Source: Chiloscyllium plagiosum | Lineage: Eukaryota | DNA: 55,724 nt | Direction: 5' to 3' | NCBI RefSeq assembly: GCF_004010195.1 | Contig: NC_057720.1 | Coordinates: 3,443,216-3,498,939, forward strand | In this document: positions 11,453 to 24,665 of the stretch, piece after piece | Layout of the letters: each line of letters begins with the position of its first letter | How positions within the stretch are numbered: the stretch's first letter is position 1 | The notes under the pieces: generated by a model | What the model was told of the DNA's origin: nothing | The model's database searches: none | The model's input: the letters and a program-made list of their open reading frames with translations, nothing else | Program-made: the position numbers and the translations under genes

Positions 11453-12330
11453 AGACCATAAGATATAGGAGTCGAAGTAAGGCTACCCTGGCCATTTAAT
11501 AGGTTCATGCTGATTTGACGATCATCAATGCCACTTTCCTCCTTTTTCTCTGTAACCTCTAGAAACCTTTACTTAATAACCTAGCCTCTACAGACCATAA
11601 GATGTGGGAGTAGAATTTGGCCATTCAGCCCATTGAGTCTGTACCACCATTCGATCATGGCTGATGTGTTTCTCAAACCCATTCACCCGCCTTTTCTCAT
11701 ATTTGATCCCCTTACTAATCAAGAACCTATAGCCCTCAGTAAAGAATTCCACAGATTGACTATCCTTTGAAGGAACACATTTCTTCTCAACATTCTCTTA
11801 AATAAGTGGCCCACTACTCTGGGATTATGCCCTATGTGTTGGACTATCTCCCAAATGGAGACTACTTCTCAGCAACTATTCTATGAACCCCCAAAAATTC
11901 TTATATTGCAAAAAGATCACATCTCTCATTCTTATAAAGTCCATTGAGTACAGTCTCAACCTATTCAACATTTCCTAATAAGAAAATCTCTTATTACTCA
12001 AAATCTCTTATTATTTAAAATCAACTTAGTGAATCTTCTTTGGGCTGCCTTTAATGCAATTTTATATTTTTCTAGATAAAGGGGTCAGAACCATTTACAG
12101 CATTCCAGATGTGGTCTGACTAGTGCCTTGCATAGGTTTGTCAGGACTTTCCAATTCTTATACACCATTCCTTTTAAAATAAAGGCCAACATTCCATTGG
12201 CATTCTCTATTATCTGTTGAATGCTGGCTTTTTGTGATTTATGAATGCAGTATCCCAGATCTCCCAGCTTTTAGGAGTATTTTTCTGTTTATTTCATATT
12301 CAGCTCCTCCATTCTTACTGCCAAAATAAT
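11453..12330 (-). mobile_element. Two nested, decayed CR1 3' ends
   Basis: agaccataagat..ggagt..ggcc tail starts at ~11453 and again at ~11592. Downstream is CR1 3' antisense sequence. Confidence 0.7.
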
Positions 12331-12718
12331 GAGTGGAAGATGAGCGTTTGTTAGATCCCCCCATGTCAGAGCAGACCCTAATCTCCAGTCATTCAGATTT
12401 TCCCTGGCATTGGGTCAAGGTCTCATTCCACCGTAACTATATGGTAAATGGTGATCAATGACCAGGTAAAAACAATGACTGCAGATGCTGGAAATCAGAT
12501 TCTGGATTAGTGGTGCTGGAAGAGCACAGCAGTTCAGGCAGCATCCAAGGAACAGCGAAATCGACGTTTCGGGCAAAAGACCTTCATCAAGAGTAAAGGC
12601 AGTGAGCCTGAAGCGTGGAGAGATAAGCTAGAGGAGTGTGGGGGTGGGGAGAAAGTAACATAGAGTACAATGGGTGAGTGGGGGAGGGGATGAAGGTGAT
12701 AGGTCAGGGAGGAGAGGG

Positions 12719-13224
12719 NNNNNNNNNNNNNNNNNNNNNNNNNNNNNNNNNNNNNNNNNNNNNNNNNNNNNNNNNNNNNNNNNNNNNNNNNNNNNNNNNN
12801 NNNNNNNNNNNNNNNNNNNNNNNNNNNNNNNNNNNNNNNNNNNNNNNNNNNNNNNNNNNNNNNNNNNNNNNNNNNNNNNNNNNNNNNNNNNNNNNNNNNN
12901 NNNNNNNNNNNNNNNNNNNNNNNNNNNNNNNNNNNNNNNNNNNNNNNNNNNNNNNNNNNNNNNNNNNNNNNNNNNNNNNNNNNNNNNNNNNNNNNNNNNN
13001 NNNNNNNNNNNNNNNNNNNNNNNNNNNNNNNNNNNNNNNNNNNNNNNNNNNNNNNNNNNNNNNNNNNNNNNNNNNNNNNNNNNNNNNNNNNNNNNNNNNN
13101 NNNNNNNNNNNNNNNNNNNNNNNNNNNNNNNNNNNNNNNNNNNNNNNNNNNNNNNNNNNNNNNNNNNNNNNNNNNNNNNNNNNNNNNNNNNNNNNNNNNN
13201 NNNNNNNNNNNNNNNNNNNNNNNN
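12719..13224. other. Assembly gap (N run)
   Basis: Run of n inside a PLE. Confidence 0.99.
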
Positions 13225-13342
13225 GTTGGAGGGGTTGGGTCTGAGGGCGGAGGTTCAGGATGTGGACGAGATGCGTTGGAGGGCATCTTTAATCACGTGG
13301 GAAGGGAAATTGCGGTCTCTAAAGAAGGAGGCCATCTGGTGT

Positions 13343-13455
13343 GTTCTGTGGTGGAACTGGTCCTCCTGGGAGCAGATACGGTGGAGGCGGAGGAATTGGT
13401 TCTGTGGTGGAACTGGTCCTCCTGGGAGCAGATTCTGTGGTGGAACTGTTCCTCC
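13343..13455. repeat. Local tandem triplication of a ~22-35 bp PLE segment
   Basis: ttctgtggtggaactg(g/t)tcctcct occurs three times; the first two extend to gggagcagat. Confidence 0.8.
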
Positions 13456-13629
13456 TAATGACCAGCCAACCTTAAAAGAATCCCTACCATTTATCTCTTC
13501 ATCCCAGAGACTCCCTGCCCCATTCATAATGAAGGGCTTTTGCCGGAAACATCAATATTCCTGCCCCTCAGATGCTGCCTGACCTGCTGTGCTTTTTCAG
13601 CAACACTCTAATCTAGACTCTAAAAAGAA

Positions 13630-15320
13630 TCCATGCACAGCCATCTTCCATTCCAACCAGGAAAGGCAAATTAGTAGAAGGGCATCATTTCTCTAAGCGT
13701 TAGCTTTGCCATAATCAAACAGGTCAGATGTCTCAACAACACCCCTGTGGGGTAAGTGAGCCTTCATGAACCTATGGCTCAGCCTGGCCCAGAAGCAGGA
13801 CGTCACAGTCATTAGTGTCTACACCCCAACCCGCGATACAATGGACAAAAAGAAGAGTCTTGACCTATTGTTATCCTGCATCCTAAGAGAAACAAGTTGA
13901 TTCAGCCTGTCGATGCTCAAGTCAGGAGGGTTGCAAACCTTTGGAAAGGCCTGTTAGGCAAGGAAGGCATGGGAAAGCAAGCTCCAACAAAGTCCTTCAT
14001 CTGATGAAGTGCCTGGAATGTGACCTCATCATAACAAATACACTTCTGCAGAGGGACAAGCACAAGAACTCATGACAATAACCCCACTTCAACCATTGGG
14101 ATCTAATAGGCGGCATCATTGTCTGAGTGAAGAACTGTAAAGTTGCATTACATGCAATTTGATTGGAGTCAATGACTGCTTGACCAAGCACCAACTAATC
14201 CACTCTACCATCTCCATCAACCCGGACCCACGCTGGCAGAGGCAGAAAAAAGCTTTGCTGCAGGAATCTCAATTTGCTGGACTTAAAAACACTGAGCAGC
14301 ATGACATATTCAGGTAGCGCTTCACAGCCAACCTGGGAATGATCAATGGGCACCCTAAACGCTATCATGGTCAGCTCTCGTGTGGAGACGCTTGGCCTTT
14401 TAACCAGGAAACACCAAGAGTGGTTCAACAAGAACAATCAGGAGATCCAGGATCTCCTGGATCCCAAATGCAGCTCTACTAAAACTCAAGTGAAAGGAAA
14501 AATGCCTACAGCCAACTGAAGGCCAAAGTGCAATAAAGAACCTGTGACCTAACGAAATAGATGGTGGATGGAAAGAGCATGGAAGACTCAGCAACTCATT
14601 GACAACCACAACTTGCACTGGTTCTTCCACACAATCAAAGCCATCTATGGTTCAAGTTCCCAAGGAACTACTCAACTGAGAGGCAAAAATGGAAAGTTGC
14701 TCATTGAAGATCGAGACTTATTTAAAACACTTTGAGGAACTCTTCAACCAAGAAGCAGCTTTCTATGCAAGTGCTCTCGACATTATCTCATAACACACTA
14801 ATGTGCCACCTCAGGACATGTTCAGCGAGCCATGAGTTTGAAAAAGCCATCCAACAACTTAAAAACACAAGGCCTCTGAAGCAGAATGAATGGCCAATGA
14901 AGCAATAAAATAGGTAAAGAGACAATCTCAGCACGAATTCACAACCTCATTGCCTTAGTCTGTAAGGAAGACAACATAGTCATAGAGTTATAGAGATGTA
15001 CAGCATGGAAACAGACCCTTCGGTCCAACCTGTCCGTGTCGACCAGATATCCCAACCCAATCTAGTCCCACCTGCCAGCACCCGGCCCATATCCCTCCAA
15101 ACCCTTCCTATTCATATACTCATCCAGATACCTCTTAAATGTTGCAATTGTATCAGCCTCCACCACTTTCTCTGGCAGCTCATTCCATACACGTACCACC
15201 GTCTGTGTGACATGTTGGGAGATCTCAGAGACATCGTAATTGTGACCACCTTCAAGAATGGAGACAGGTCCGACTATGGAAATTAGAGGGATTATTGTCT
15301 GTCATGGGAAATGTCCATTC
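13630..15320 (+). mobile_element. RTE-clade LINE ORF remnant (endonuclease, linker, start of RT), interrupted by a CR1 3' end
   Basis: Translatable pieces MNLWLSLAQKQDVTVISVYTPT, LGLLTRKHQEWFNKNNQEIQ and DLRDIVIVTTFKNGDRSDYGN match RTE motifs IISAYAPT / RKHQDWFDEN / DLRDAVIVTIFKKGD..CGNYRG. Confidence 0.78.
14976..15207 (-). mobile_element. Young HER1/CR1 3' end inserted in the RTE element
   Basis: catagagttatagagatgtacagcatggaaacagacccttcggtcc..; reverse complement of the 3' ends at 21180-21395 and 29255-29480. Confidence 0.88.
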
Positions 15321-15624
15321 ACCCACCATACATTATTGCTCATCAGGACAATTCACAAGAATTGCCAAAGTAAGGGAAAACACTGCATGGACTGTATATA
15401 ATAAGAGTGCTGTATGGTTGACAAGTTTACTCTGATTGGTAAAGGTGTTGCCAAGATGAATAAATCAGTTTTTATAATTAACTCATGGAATGTGGGCATT
15501 GCTGATTGGCCAATATTTATTCCCCATCCTCAGTTGCATCATTCCCAATTAATGATAACTGATAGCTAACTGTCAAGCTTTGTTTTAATTATAAACCAGT
15601 AGATTGACTCTGATTGCTCTGTTG

Positions 15625-16020
15625 TGAGAGCTATTTGTGAGAGTTTATTAGGAGGCTTAAATTCTGATGGTGCACAAATTGGCCTGTGTGTTTCCTACAT
15701 TACGGTGAGCTCAGTTGGCTGGATGGCTGCTTTGTAATGCACAGCGATGCCAACAGGTGACCACCAGTGCAGGTTCAATTCATGTACCAGTTGAAGTTAC
15801 CATGAATGCCCCACTTTCTCCACTTTTCCCGTTGCCTGAAATGTGGTGCCCCTCCGGTTAAACTCACCAAATTATCTTTCTGTAATGAGAGTGTAGCCTA
15901 TGGTCCTTTGGTACTATACTGACTTTCACAACTCCTTTGAAAACCACTTCACTAGCTGGAAAGCACTTGTGACATCCTGAGCTCATGTGAGTTGCCATTC
16001 AAATGTGTGTTCTTTCTTTA
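15625..16020 (+). mobile_element. Deu-domain SINE remnant with a nested tRNA-derived SINE at ~15704-15927
   Basis: tgcacaaattggcctgtgtgtttcctacattac | insert with A box agctcagttgg and B box ggttcaattc | ..aaagcacttgtgacatcctgag. Confidence 0.55.
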
Positions 16021-16814
16021 CACAATGGAGGACACAATCCTGTCGCCCTACCTGATTGTACAGCACTTACCACTAGGGGCTTGCTGAAGCGATGCAATTG
16101 AGTTGAGTTCAATGACCATACCTCCTGGTCCCTATAATTGTGTAATTGTACCAGAGTTTAGTCTGCTGGAGTGTACATAGCTGTTAATAATCGGCAAGCT
16201 GATCCATTTACTGTGTCTTACAGTGGTTTAGAAACAACAGTTCTTTCATTCTCTGCATATTTGGAATGTTCAGTTTACGACTAGTGGTACAAGATGATTT
16301 ACAACTGGTGTTCCACTTTGAGAGGTTCAGCTGCATATATGGTCTGGCAAATTTTAATTGGTACAAAAATGAACATTATTTCTTACTAAAAGCAGGATTT
16401 TAAATGCTTAGAGAAATGCCACAAATGCCAAACTGGAAGATTAACAATGCTGACAGCTTCGAGTTAAATATGAATACGCAAAAACAGGCCAATTTTTAGT
16501 AGTTACTCTGAAAAAACAATGGACTTTCTGGAACCTTGAACTGCAGCATATGCAAATAATTATTGCTTATATAGTAGATGATGATGACAGAAATTCTAGG
16601 AATTTTCCACTTATTGTAGAGAAATGCCGACTATCATGAACAATGCATTGGGGCTCTTTTCTGCTGTAAAATTGTTATTGTGTCTCTCCTGGAGACACCC
16701 AGGCATTCCTCGCATTTTCCTTCCAGAACAAATAAACTCTGACCTCACCCTCACCCTTGTTCACTAATCCTGACTGAATTCTACGTGGTGTAACTGTTCT
16801 CACAAAGCAGGGCA

Positions 16815-17112
16815 TAGTCCTGATGACCAGTAAGTCCAGAACCAGGGAGTCCCAGTCTAAAGATACAGGGTAGACCATTTAGGACTGAAATGAGGAGGAA
16901 TTTCTTCATCTAGAGAGCAGTGGGTCTGTGGAATTCTTTTCCATAAAAAGCATTTGAGGTTAAAACATTGAATATTTTCAAGTAAAAAGTTAGATAAAGT
17001 TTTTGGAGTCAAAGGGAGTCTGAGTTGGATGATCAGCCATGATCATATTAAATGGTGGAGCTGGATCAAAGGGCTGAGTGGCTTACTCCTGCTCTTATTT
17101 TCTATGTTACTA
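16815..17112 (+). mobile_element. CR1 3' end fragment
   Basis: agtccagaaccagggag..aggactgaaatgaggaggaatttcttc..gatcagccatgatcatattaaatgg..tctatgtt. Confidence 0.8.
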
Positions 17113-17319
17113 CATTGAACACTAGGTCAAGATATTTTTGCCAACAAATGGTGTGCAGCATTATTTGATTCCCAGAACAAATCAAAATATGTAAGAAGTA
17201 GGTTAGAGCTTTGGATTATCACAGCCATAGCTTATATAAATGCAAGTTATCTTCTTCACGAATGCTGGGTGAAAGCTAGTGTTATCGCTGTCTGGAGTTT
17301 TTGTAAGGCCCTAGGTTTC

Positions 17320-18075
17320 CCTCCAACAATTTGCCCACCACCAATGTCAAACCCACTGGTCTATAGTTTCCTGGCTTTTCCTTACCACCTTTCTTAAATA
17401 GTGGCACCACATTAGCCAACCTCCAGTCTTCCCGCACCTCACCTGTGCTATCGATGATACAAATATCTCAGCAAGGGGCCTCACAATCACTTCCCATGGA
17501 GTTCTAGGGTACACCTAATCAGGTCCTGGGAACTTATGCACTTTTATGTGTTTCAAGACATCTGTAATATGGACATTTTTCAAGATGTAACTGTCTATTT
17601 CTCCACATTCTAAATCTTTCATGTCCTTCTCCACAGTAAACATCAATGCAAATTACTCATTTAGTACCTCCCCCATCTCCTGCAGCCCCATAGACAGGCT
17701 GCCTTGCTGATCTTTGAGGAGAAAGTGAGGACTGCAGATGCTGGAGATCAGAGTTAAGAGTGTGGTGCTGGAAAGCACAGCAGGTCAGGCAGCATCTGAG
17801 GAGCAGGAGAATTGATGTTTTGGCCATAAGCCCTTCATCAGTCCTCCAGCTTTGAAGGGCCCTATTCTCTCCATAGTTACCCTTTAGTCCTTAATGTATT
17901 TATAAAATCCCTTTGGAATCTCCCTAACCTTCATGTCTCCTTTTTTCCCTCATGATTTCCCTCTTAAGTATACTTCTCCTGCCTTAATACTGTTCTAAGG
18001 ATTCATTCAATCTTTCCTGTCCATACCTGACATATGCTTCCATCTTTTTCTTAACCAAAACCTCAATTTTATTTC
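17320..18075 (-). mobile_element. CR1 ORF2 internal fragment interrupted by a PLE terminus (17716-17849)
   Basis: Reverse complement of sequence homologous to 1950-2360. Insert gaggagaaagtgaggactgcagatg..gcccttcatcag. Confidence 0.8.
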
Positions 18076-18254
18076 TTTACAACAAATAGCTTTCTTGACT
18101 GTGGCATGAAATGTCAATCTTTCAGTTATGCAGTTACAAAAGAAGTTATAATGGTGGCTGATAAGCATTGAGACTGACAAACTTGCACTTATATTACCAC
18201 TTTGGCATCCATGTGATGTTTCAATGTATGACATTTGCATTCAACCAGACCTCT

Positions 18255-18660
18255 GTCATTCATATCCTAACTTGCACCAAAGTCCTGTTCTTCCTTCACT
18301 CCTCTACTTGATGAATTAAACTGCCTTCAGGCCAGGCTTTAAAATTCTTGTCTTGATTGTTGAAATTTCTCTATGGCCACTTCCTAACTCCTGTAACCAT
18401 CTACAGTCCAACAGTATTGGTGTTCTCTGTGTTCCTCCAATTCTGGTCTCTTGGTTGTCCCCATTTTTCATTGGTCTACCACTGGTGGCTGTGCTGCCCA
18501 GACCCCAAACACAGGAGTTCCCTTCCTAAATCTCTTTACCGCTCTCTTTTCCTTTAAGACAATCTATCTGTTTGATTAAGCTCAATTGTTGAAGTTTGAT
18601 AACCGTTTGGGTAAAGCACATTGAAATGTTTTACAATATTCAAGGCTCTAAACTGTGCAT
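18255..18660 (+). mobile_element. L2-clade LINE 3' remnant
   Basis: tttaaaattcttgtc..ctctatggcc..tgtaaccatctacagtcc..ggtggctgtgc..ttcccttcctaaatctct..gtaaagcac..gttttacaat pattern of vertebrate L2 3' ends. Confidence 0.55.
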
Positions 18661-18794
18661 ATAAATGTACATAGCAATGAGGAATAGGCCATTCAGCTCT
18701 TGGCGCACCTACAATATTTAATAAGATCATGAGTTCCAAGTTGCTCCAAGTTCCCAACTACTTGATAATCTTTCATCTTCTTGTTTGTCATGGG

Positions 18795-19250
18795 GAGGTG
18801 GTGGTGCGGTATGGTAGTAATGTCACTTGACGAGTTATCCAGAAATGAGAGTGTTCCTGATGAAGGGCTTATGCCCGAAACATCGATTCTCCTGCTCCTC
18901 GAATGCTGCCTGACCTGCTGTGCTTTTCCAGCACCACAGTCTCGATCTGATCTCCAGCAAATGCAGTCCTCACTTTTTCCGAGTTATCCAGAACCCAGGT
19001 TAATGTTCTGCGGACATGGTTCAAATCCCATATTGACAGGAGGTGAAATATGAATTTAATAAAGATCTGGATTAAAAAGCCATCCTAATGGTGACATTGT
19101 AATCACTGTCAATTGTAAAAACCAATTTGATTTACTAATACCCTTTAAGGAAGGAATATTGCCATCTTTACTTGGGTTTGTCCATATCAATGTGGCATGG
19201 ACAATAAATAATGGCCGAGTGATGCCCATATCCTGTGAATGAATAGAAAG
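18795..19250 (+). mobile_element. tRNA-derived SINE with CR1-type tail, carrying a PLE-terminus insert at 18845-18979
   Basis: gtagtaatgtcact..ggttcaaatccc (B box)..ctttaaggaaggaatattgccatc. The insert has a perfect 14-bp TSD cgagttatccagaa (18831-18844 / 18980-18993). Confidence 0.72.
18853..18889 (+). ncRNA. Hammerhead ribozyme motif in a PLE-terminus insert
   Basis: gttc-CTGATGA-a-GGGC-ttat-GCCC-GAAAC-ATC-gattc. Confidence 0.6.
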
Positions 19251-20531
19251 AACCGATGTAGTTAAAATATTCAAAGATTCTGTTTCCACCACTTTTAAAT
19301 AAAGAGAATTCAAAAGACACACAGAGAAAATTTCACCTCATCTCTATCTTAAATTGTAGTTCTCAACCAATTAGTTTCTTCTGAAATATAATCATTATAT
19401 AGTTCCTCCTAATTTTTACTCATCCCAAAATGGACTGTAATAAAACAAATGCTTCTGAGAGTATCCAGGGCTTTAATCTATGATAAATATTGACCTGCTT
19501 GGAAATCCAAGAAGGAAATGAAACACACTTAAGTTAATTAGTACTGTACTTTAATTCATGAATACATTTATCTTTTGCAATCTATTCCAGTGTTTTTCTT
19601 TTAAAACCCTTCAGTTGAAACTTGAAGTAACCCCAACTATTTCAGTTGATCTATCTTGCAGCTGTTAATGCTTACAATTATTTAAATCCTCACTGAAGGT
19701 ATTTTGTGCTGTAGAAAGATGTAATCTTTCAATGTAAAAAAATTCCAATCAATAACAGATGAGCAAATTTCAGTGTATAATCCATAGAGACTTGTCTGTC
19801 CTGCGATCCTTAATCCACATAAATCTCCTCTAAGTACTGCCCAACCATCTCTTCTTGTATTCTTTCCTTTGTATACTGTTCTACTTAATCCACAGCAGTC
19901 TGTAACTAGGTTTTATATTTTCATTGACAATAATGAAACAATGCTGCAGTGTTTGTAGGAGAGTACGAGCAGTGTCTGAGAATGCTAACATACAAAGAAT
20001 TATTACATAGTTCACACCTGTAGAGTCAGACATTACATTACATGGAATTTACAGCACAGAAACAAGTCATTCAACCCAACAGATTCCTGCTAGTACTTAT
20101 GCTATACACAAGGCATTAAGGTAAACATCATCATCTACAATAACCAAGTAAAATTCATTTTACAAGTCAAATGTCAAGATGACAGATCTACTGAGATAGA
20201 TTGTACTAGATTGTTAAGCAGCCTTTCTCGCTCAGACTGAACTGAGGCAATGAATGGAGGCTGCAGGATACCCAACTAAAAATGTTCTGTTCAATTAAAT
20301 ACCAGCCCCTATGCTCTAGTTTGTTTGGGAGTAAATTGGTGGTGTAATGAGGCTGTGGTAGATGATCACAATTACTCTGATATTAGTAAGAGAGGAGACA
20401 TCAATCTAAAATGAGCATGTGAATAGAATGTTCTTAGATACTACATTGGGAAGCTGTATTTGAGAACTCTGAAGTGAGAGACAATTTTCTACCATCTCAT
20501 CAAAGATGATAGCTTCACCAAATCCCCCAGT

Positions 20532-21395
20532 AACAGATTACAACAGGATCTTGGTCAGATGGGCCAATGGGCTGAGAAGTGGCAAATGGAGTTTAATTTA
20601 GATAAATGCAAGGTGCTGCATTTTGGGAAAGGAAATCTTAGTAGGACTTATACACTTAATGGTAAGGTCCGATGGAGGGTTGCTAAACAAAGAGACTTGG
20701 AGTGCAGGTTCATAGCTCCTTGAAAGTGGAGTCTCAGCTAGATAGGATAGTGAAGGTGATGTTTGGTATGCTTTCCTTTATCGGTCAGAGTGTTGAGTAC
20801 AGGAGTTGGGAGGTCATGTTGTGGCTGTATAGGACATTGGTTAGGCCACTGTTGGAATATTGCGTGCAATTCTGGTCTCCTTCCTAACGGAAGGATGTTG
20901 CGAAACTTGAAAGGGTTCAGAAAAGATTTACAAGGATGTTGCCAGGGTTGGAGGATTTGAGCTATAGGGAGAGGTTGACTAGGCTAGGGCCTGTTTTCTC
21001 TCAGTCAGAGGCTGAGGGGTGACCTTACAGAGGTTTATAAAATCATGGTGGGCATGGATAGGATAAATTAACAAAGTATTTTCCTGGGATCGGGGAGTCC
21101 AGAACTAGAGGACATATGTTTAGGGTGAGAGGGAAAAGATAATAAAGAGACCTAAGGGGCAACGTTTTCACACAGAGAGTGGTACGTGTGTGGAATGAGC
21201 TGTCAGAGGAAGTGGTGGAGGCTGGTACAATTGCAACATTTAAGAGGCATTTGGATGGGTATCTGAATAGGAAGGGTTTGGAGAGATATGGGCCGGGTGC
21301 TGGCAGGTGGGACTAGATTGTGTTGGGATATCTGGTTGGCATGGACAAGTTGGACGGAAGGGTCTGTTTCTGTGCTGTACAACTTTAAAACTCTA
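20532..21395 (+). mobile_element. HER1/CR1 LINE 3' third
   Basis: WQMEFNLDKCKVLHFG; RPLLEYCVQFWSPS; 3' end aagggtctgtttctgtgctgtac. Confidence 0.92.
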
Positions 21396-21494
21396 TTTTT
21401 CTATAACAACATCCTGTGGATTACCATTGACATAAAGTAAACTGGACTAGCCATATGGAATATAGATGTAGAAAGTCCTCAATTTAAGAAAGTA

Positions 21495-22160
21495 ATTAGG
21501 AAAACAAGGAGGGGCCATGAGTAAGATTAGGGAGAATCCCAAGATATTCTATAAGAATATCAAGGGAAAGAGGAAACCAGAGAAAGAGTAGATGTAATTT
21601 GGGAGAAAGCAGAAAATCTGTGTGTGGAATGGAAGACATCGGCAGGGTGTTAAATGAGTACTTCACATCTGTTTTCACTTTGGAGAAGAATGATGTGGGT
21701 ACAGAATTCAGGAAGAGGGGCTGGGAGTTTATTAAATAGTTTAACATAGGGAGTGAACAGGTATTGGAAGTTTTGGTGGACTTAAAAGTGGAGAGATCCC
21801 CATGGCCTGGTGATTTGTACCCAGGCTGCAGTGAGAGACGAGGGAGGAAATTACAGGAGCACAAGCCCAAATTTTGAATTCCTCTCAAGCCACCGGGATG
21901 TGCCAGAGAAGTGAAAGACAGCTTTCAAAAAGGATGGTAGAGGTAAACCAGCAAATTACAGTCTAGTGAGTCTCACATCTGTGGTAGGGAAACTATTTTC
22001 TGAAGGAGTGAATTAATCTCTACTTGGAGAGACAAGTTTTGATTAGCCAAAGTTAGCATGTTTTTGTTAGAGGTAAGTCTGAATTTTTTGAGGAGGTCAC
22101 AGGGTGTGAGGATGAGCATAGTGCAATTGATATTGTTTATATGGACTTTCACAGTCTCCA
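21495..22160 (+). mobile_element. Older CR1 ORF2 fragment
   Basis: gtgttaaatgagtacttcacatctgttttcac (LNEYFTSVF); gcaaattacagtctagtgagtctcacatctgtggtagg; gtttatatggacttt. Confidence 0.78.
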
Positions 22161-22194
22161 AACTTTGCAGTACTCCAAATGCAGTAGCACCAGA

Positions 22195-23265
22195 GTTTTG
22201 CACAGCTGCAGCATAGCCTCATGGTTCCAAAACTCAATCCCTCTACTAATTGAAAGTTAACACACTGTATGCCACCTTAACACCCTATCAACCTGGGTGG
22301 CAAATTTCAGGGATCTATGCACATGGACACCCAGATCTCCTTGCTCATCTATGCTACCAAGATTTTTACCATTAGTCCAGTACTCTGCATTCTTGTTGCT
22401 CCTTCCAAAGTGAATCACTTCACACTTTTCTACATTAAACTCCATTTGCCAACTCTCAACTCTCTGCAGCTTATGTATATCTCCTCTCTGTAACCTGCAA
22501 CATCCTTCTGCGTGTCATCTGCAAGTTTACTAATCCATCCTTCTATACTCTCATCCAGGTCATTTATAAATATGAAAAATAGCAGTGGCCCCAAAACAGA
22601 TCCCTGTGGTACACCATTCGTAACTGAACTCCAGGATGAACACTTCCCATCAACCACCATCCTCTGTCTTCTTTCAGTTAGCTAATTTCTGATTCAAACC
22701 ACTGAATCACCCTCAATCCCATGTCTCCTTATTTTGTGCAATAGCCTACCGTGGGGAACCTTATCAAATGCCTTACTGAAATCCAAATACACCACATCAA
22801 CTGCTTTACCCTCATCCACCTGTTTGGTCACCTTCTCTAAGAACTCAATAAGGTTTGTGAGGTATGACCTACCCTTCACAAAATCATGTTGACTATTCCT
22901 AATCAACTTACTCCTTTATAGATGATTATAAATCCTATCTCTAATAACCTTTTCCAACACTTTACCTACAACCAAAGTAAAGCTCATTGGTCTATAATTT
23001 CCAAGGTTATCTCTATTCCCCTTCTTGAACAAGGGAACAACATTTGCTATCCTCCAGTCCTCTGGCACTTTTCCTGTAGACAATGACGACATAAAGATCA
23101 AAGCCAAAGGCTCGGCAATCTCCTCTCTGGCTTCCCAGAGAATCCTAGGATAAATCCCATCCGGCCCAGGGGGCTTGTCTACTTTCACTCCTTCTATTTT
23201 CACACTTTCCAGAATTGCTAGCAGCTCCTCCTTGTGAACCCCAATCCTATGTCGTCTAGTAGCCT
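22195..23265 (-). mobile_element. CR1 RT fragment
   Basis: Minus ORFs [67 protein letters not shown]. Confidence 0.92.
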
Positions 23266-23289
23266 GGTAGTATTGACTAGCAACAAATC

Positions 23290-23755
23290 AGGAATGTGAT
23301 GAAACACTCTTCACTGGCATGGATGAATGCAATTCCAACAATACTCAAGAAGCTTGACACCATCCAAGACAAAGCAGCCCACTTGATTGGCACCACAGCC
23401 ACAAACATTCACTCTCTCTACTACCAACACTCAGTAACTGCAGTGTGTACTTTCTACAAGATGCACTCCAGAAATTCACCAAAGATCCTTAGACAACATA
23501 TTCCAAATCCATGACCATGTAGAAACAGCAAATAAAAGGGACTCCATCATCTGCAAGTTCTCCTCTAATTTACTCACCATCCTGACATGGAAATACATCA
23601 CTATTCATTCAGTGTTGTTGGCTCAAAACCCTGGAATTCCTTCCCTTATGGCATTGTGGGTCTACACCATATGGACAAGAGGCATTCAAGAAGACAGCTC
23701 ACTGTCACCTTCTCAAAAGCAACTAGGGATAGGGAATATATGTTGGCCCAGACTT
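23290..23755 (+). mobile_element. CR1-clade LINE (second family) 3' end
   Basis: ORF SLAWMNAIPTILKKLDTIQDKAAHLIG; tail gcaactagggatagg. Homologous to 36630-36785 plus 39149-39475. Confidence 0.8.
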
Positions 23756-24419
23756 GTATCTCAATGTGCAGGTAGCAGTATTGGCTTGAGGCATAAGATA
23801 ATGCACAAGTAGGCATTAACTTCTGTTCATTATTTTTCCTCTCTCTGCATAGGTGCTGCCTGCCCTGCTGTGTCTCCCGTTAAGATTCCAGCAGCTGCCG
23901 TATTTTTGATTTTGTTTCAGTATAAGAATTTGGGATGTGCATTTGTTTGAGTTTGTCCAAATTTTATGTTCAGCAGCAAGCCATCACTAAAAGTAGGAAG
24001 CAATTTTAATTTTGAAATGCTATGAAGATGATGGTAGTGAGGAGAGGAGCGTATTGTTGTAAAGTCATGTTCAAACATAGTCAGTTAAATAAAAAGGAGC
24101 AATCTATTTGTAATTTCACGCCAAAGACCTGGACTGAATTCCTTCTGACTGACAATGTGATGATCAGCCAAGATGGTAATTTTCAGTGTCAAGTGCTGTG
24201 GGGAGTATTTGAAACAGTCAGAACATGGTTTACATATAGTTATACCAGTGTGCATGGATTTACAAGAAACCTTTAAGTCATTATGCCATTTGATCTTATG
24301 ACTGGAATATTTTTAAGACCAAGCAAGGTATGCTGAATTTTTAGCCATGCTTTCTTTCGAATGAGTCATGAAAAATCTCAGTCTTGCATGCTTATTTAGA
24401 TGAATGTAAGTGCTCTCAT

Positions 24420-24665
24420 ATCACTGCTGAAAGGAAGGCAGGAAGTTCCTCTGGTGGCCTAGCTGGCATTCCTCCTTCAAATAGCCTTGCCAAAAGCAGA
24501 TCATGTTGCCATTCATACATTTTCTGTTTGTGGGAATTTGGTTTGGATGGATTGGCTGCTGTGTTTGCTGGCAAAGCAAAAGTGATTGGAATTCAGAAGT
24601 CATCTGTTGGTTGTAAAGTGACTTGGAACATGTTGAGGATATGATACAGTGTTATCTATTAAATA
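24420..24665 (+). mobile_element. Deu-domain SINE remnant
   Basis: aagcagatcatgttgccattc..tgtttgtgggaa..attggctgctgtgttt..gttggttgtaaagtgacttgg. Confidence 0.5.

Larger units (their letters stand above)
12464..13620 (-). mobile_element. Penelope-like element 3' portion spanning a gap, with an inverted terminal piece at ~13510-13620
   Basis: Terminus aggtaaaaacaatgactgcagatgctgg. Hammerhead-like aatcgacgtttcgggcaaaagaccttcatca. Minus ORF QFLRLHRICSQEDQFH..FFRDRNFPSHVI is typical of the PLE RT C-terminus. Opposite-orientation repeat at 13530-13620. Confidence 0.82.

Noticed and set aside
13343..13455. Three spaced direct repeats resembling a mini CRISPR array
   Set aside because: Eukaryotic context, the unit is PLE coding sequence, spacers are not unique or regular, and there are no cas genes. 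Local slippage near an inversion junction or gap edge.
12534..13582. Long ORFs of 188-302 aa (also 28306-29198 and 36824-37816)
   Set aside because: Length comes from translating N-gaps as X; the flanks are TE fragments.
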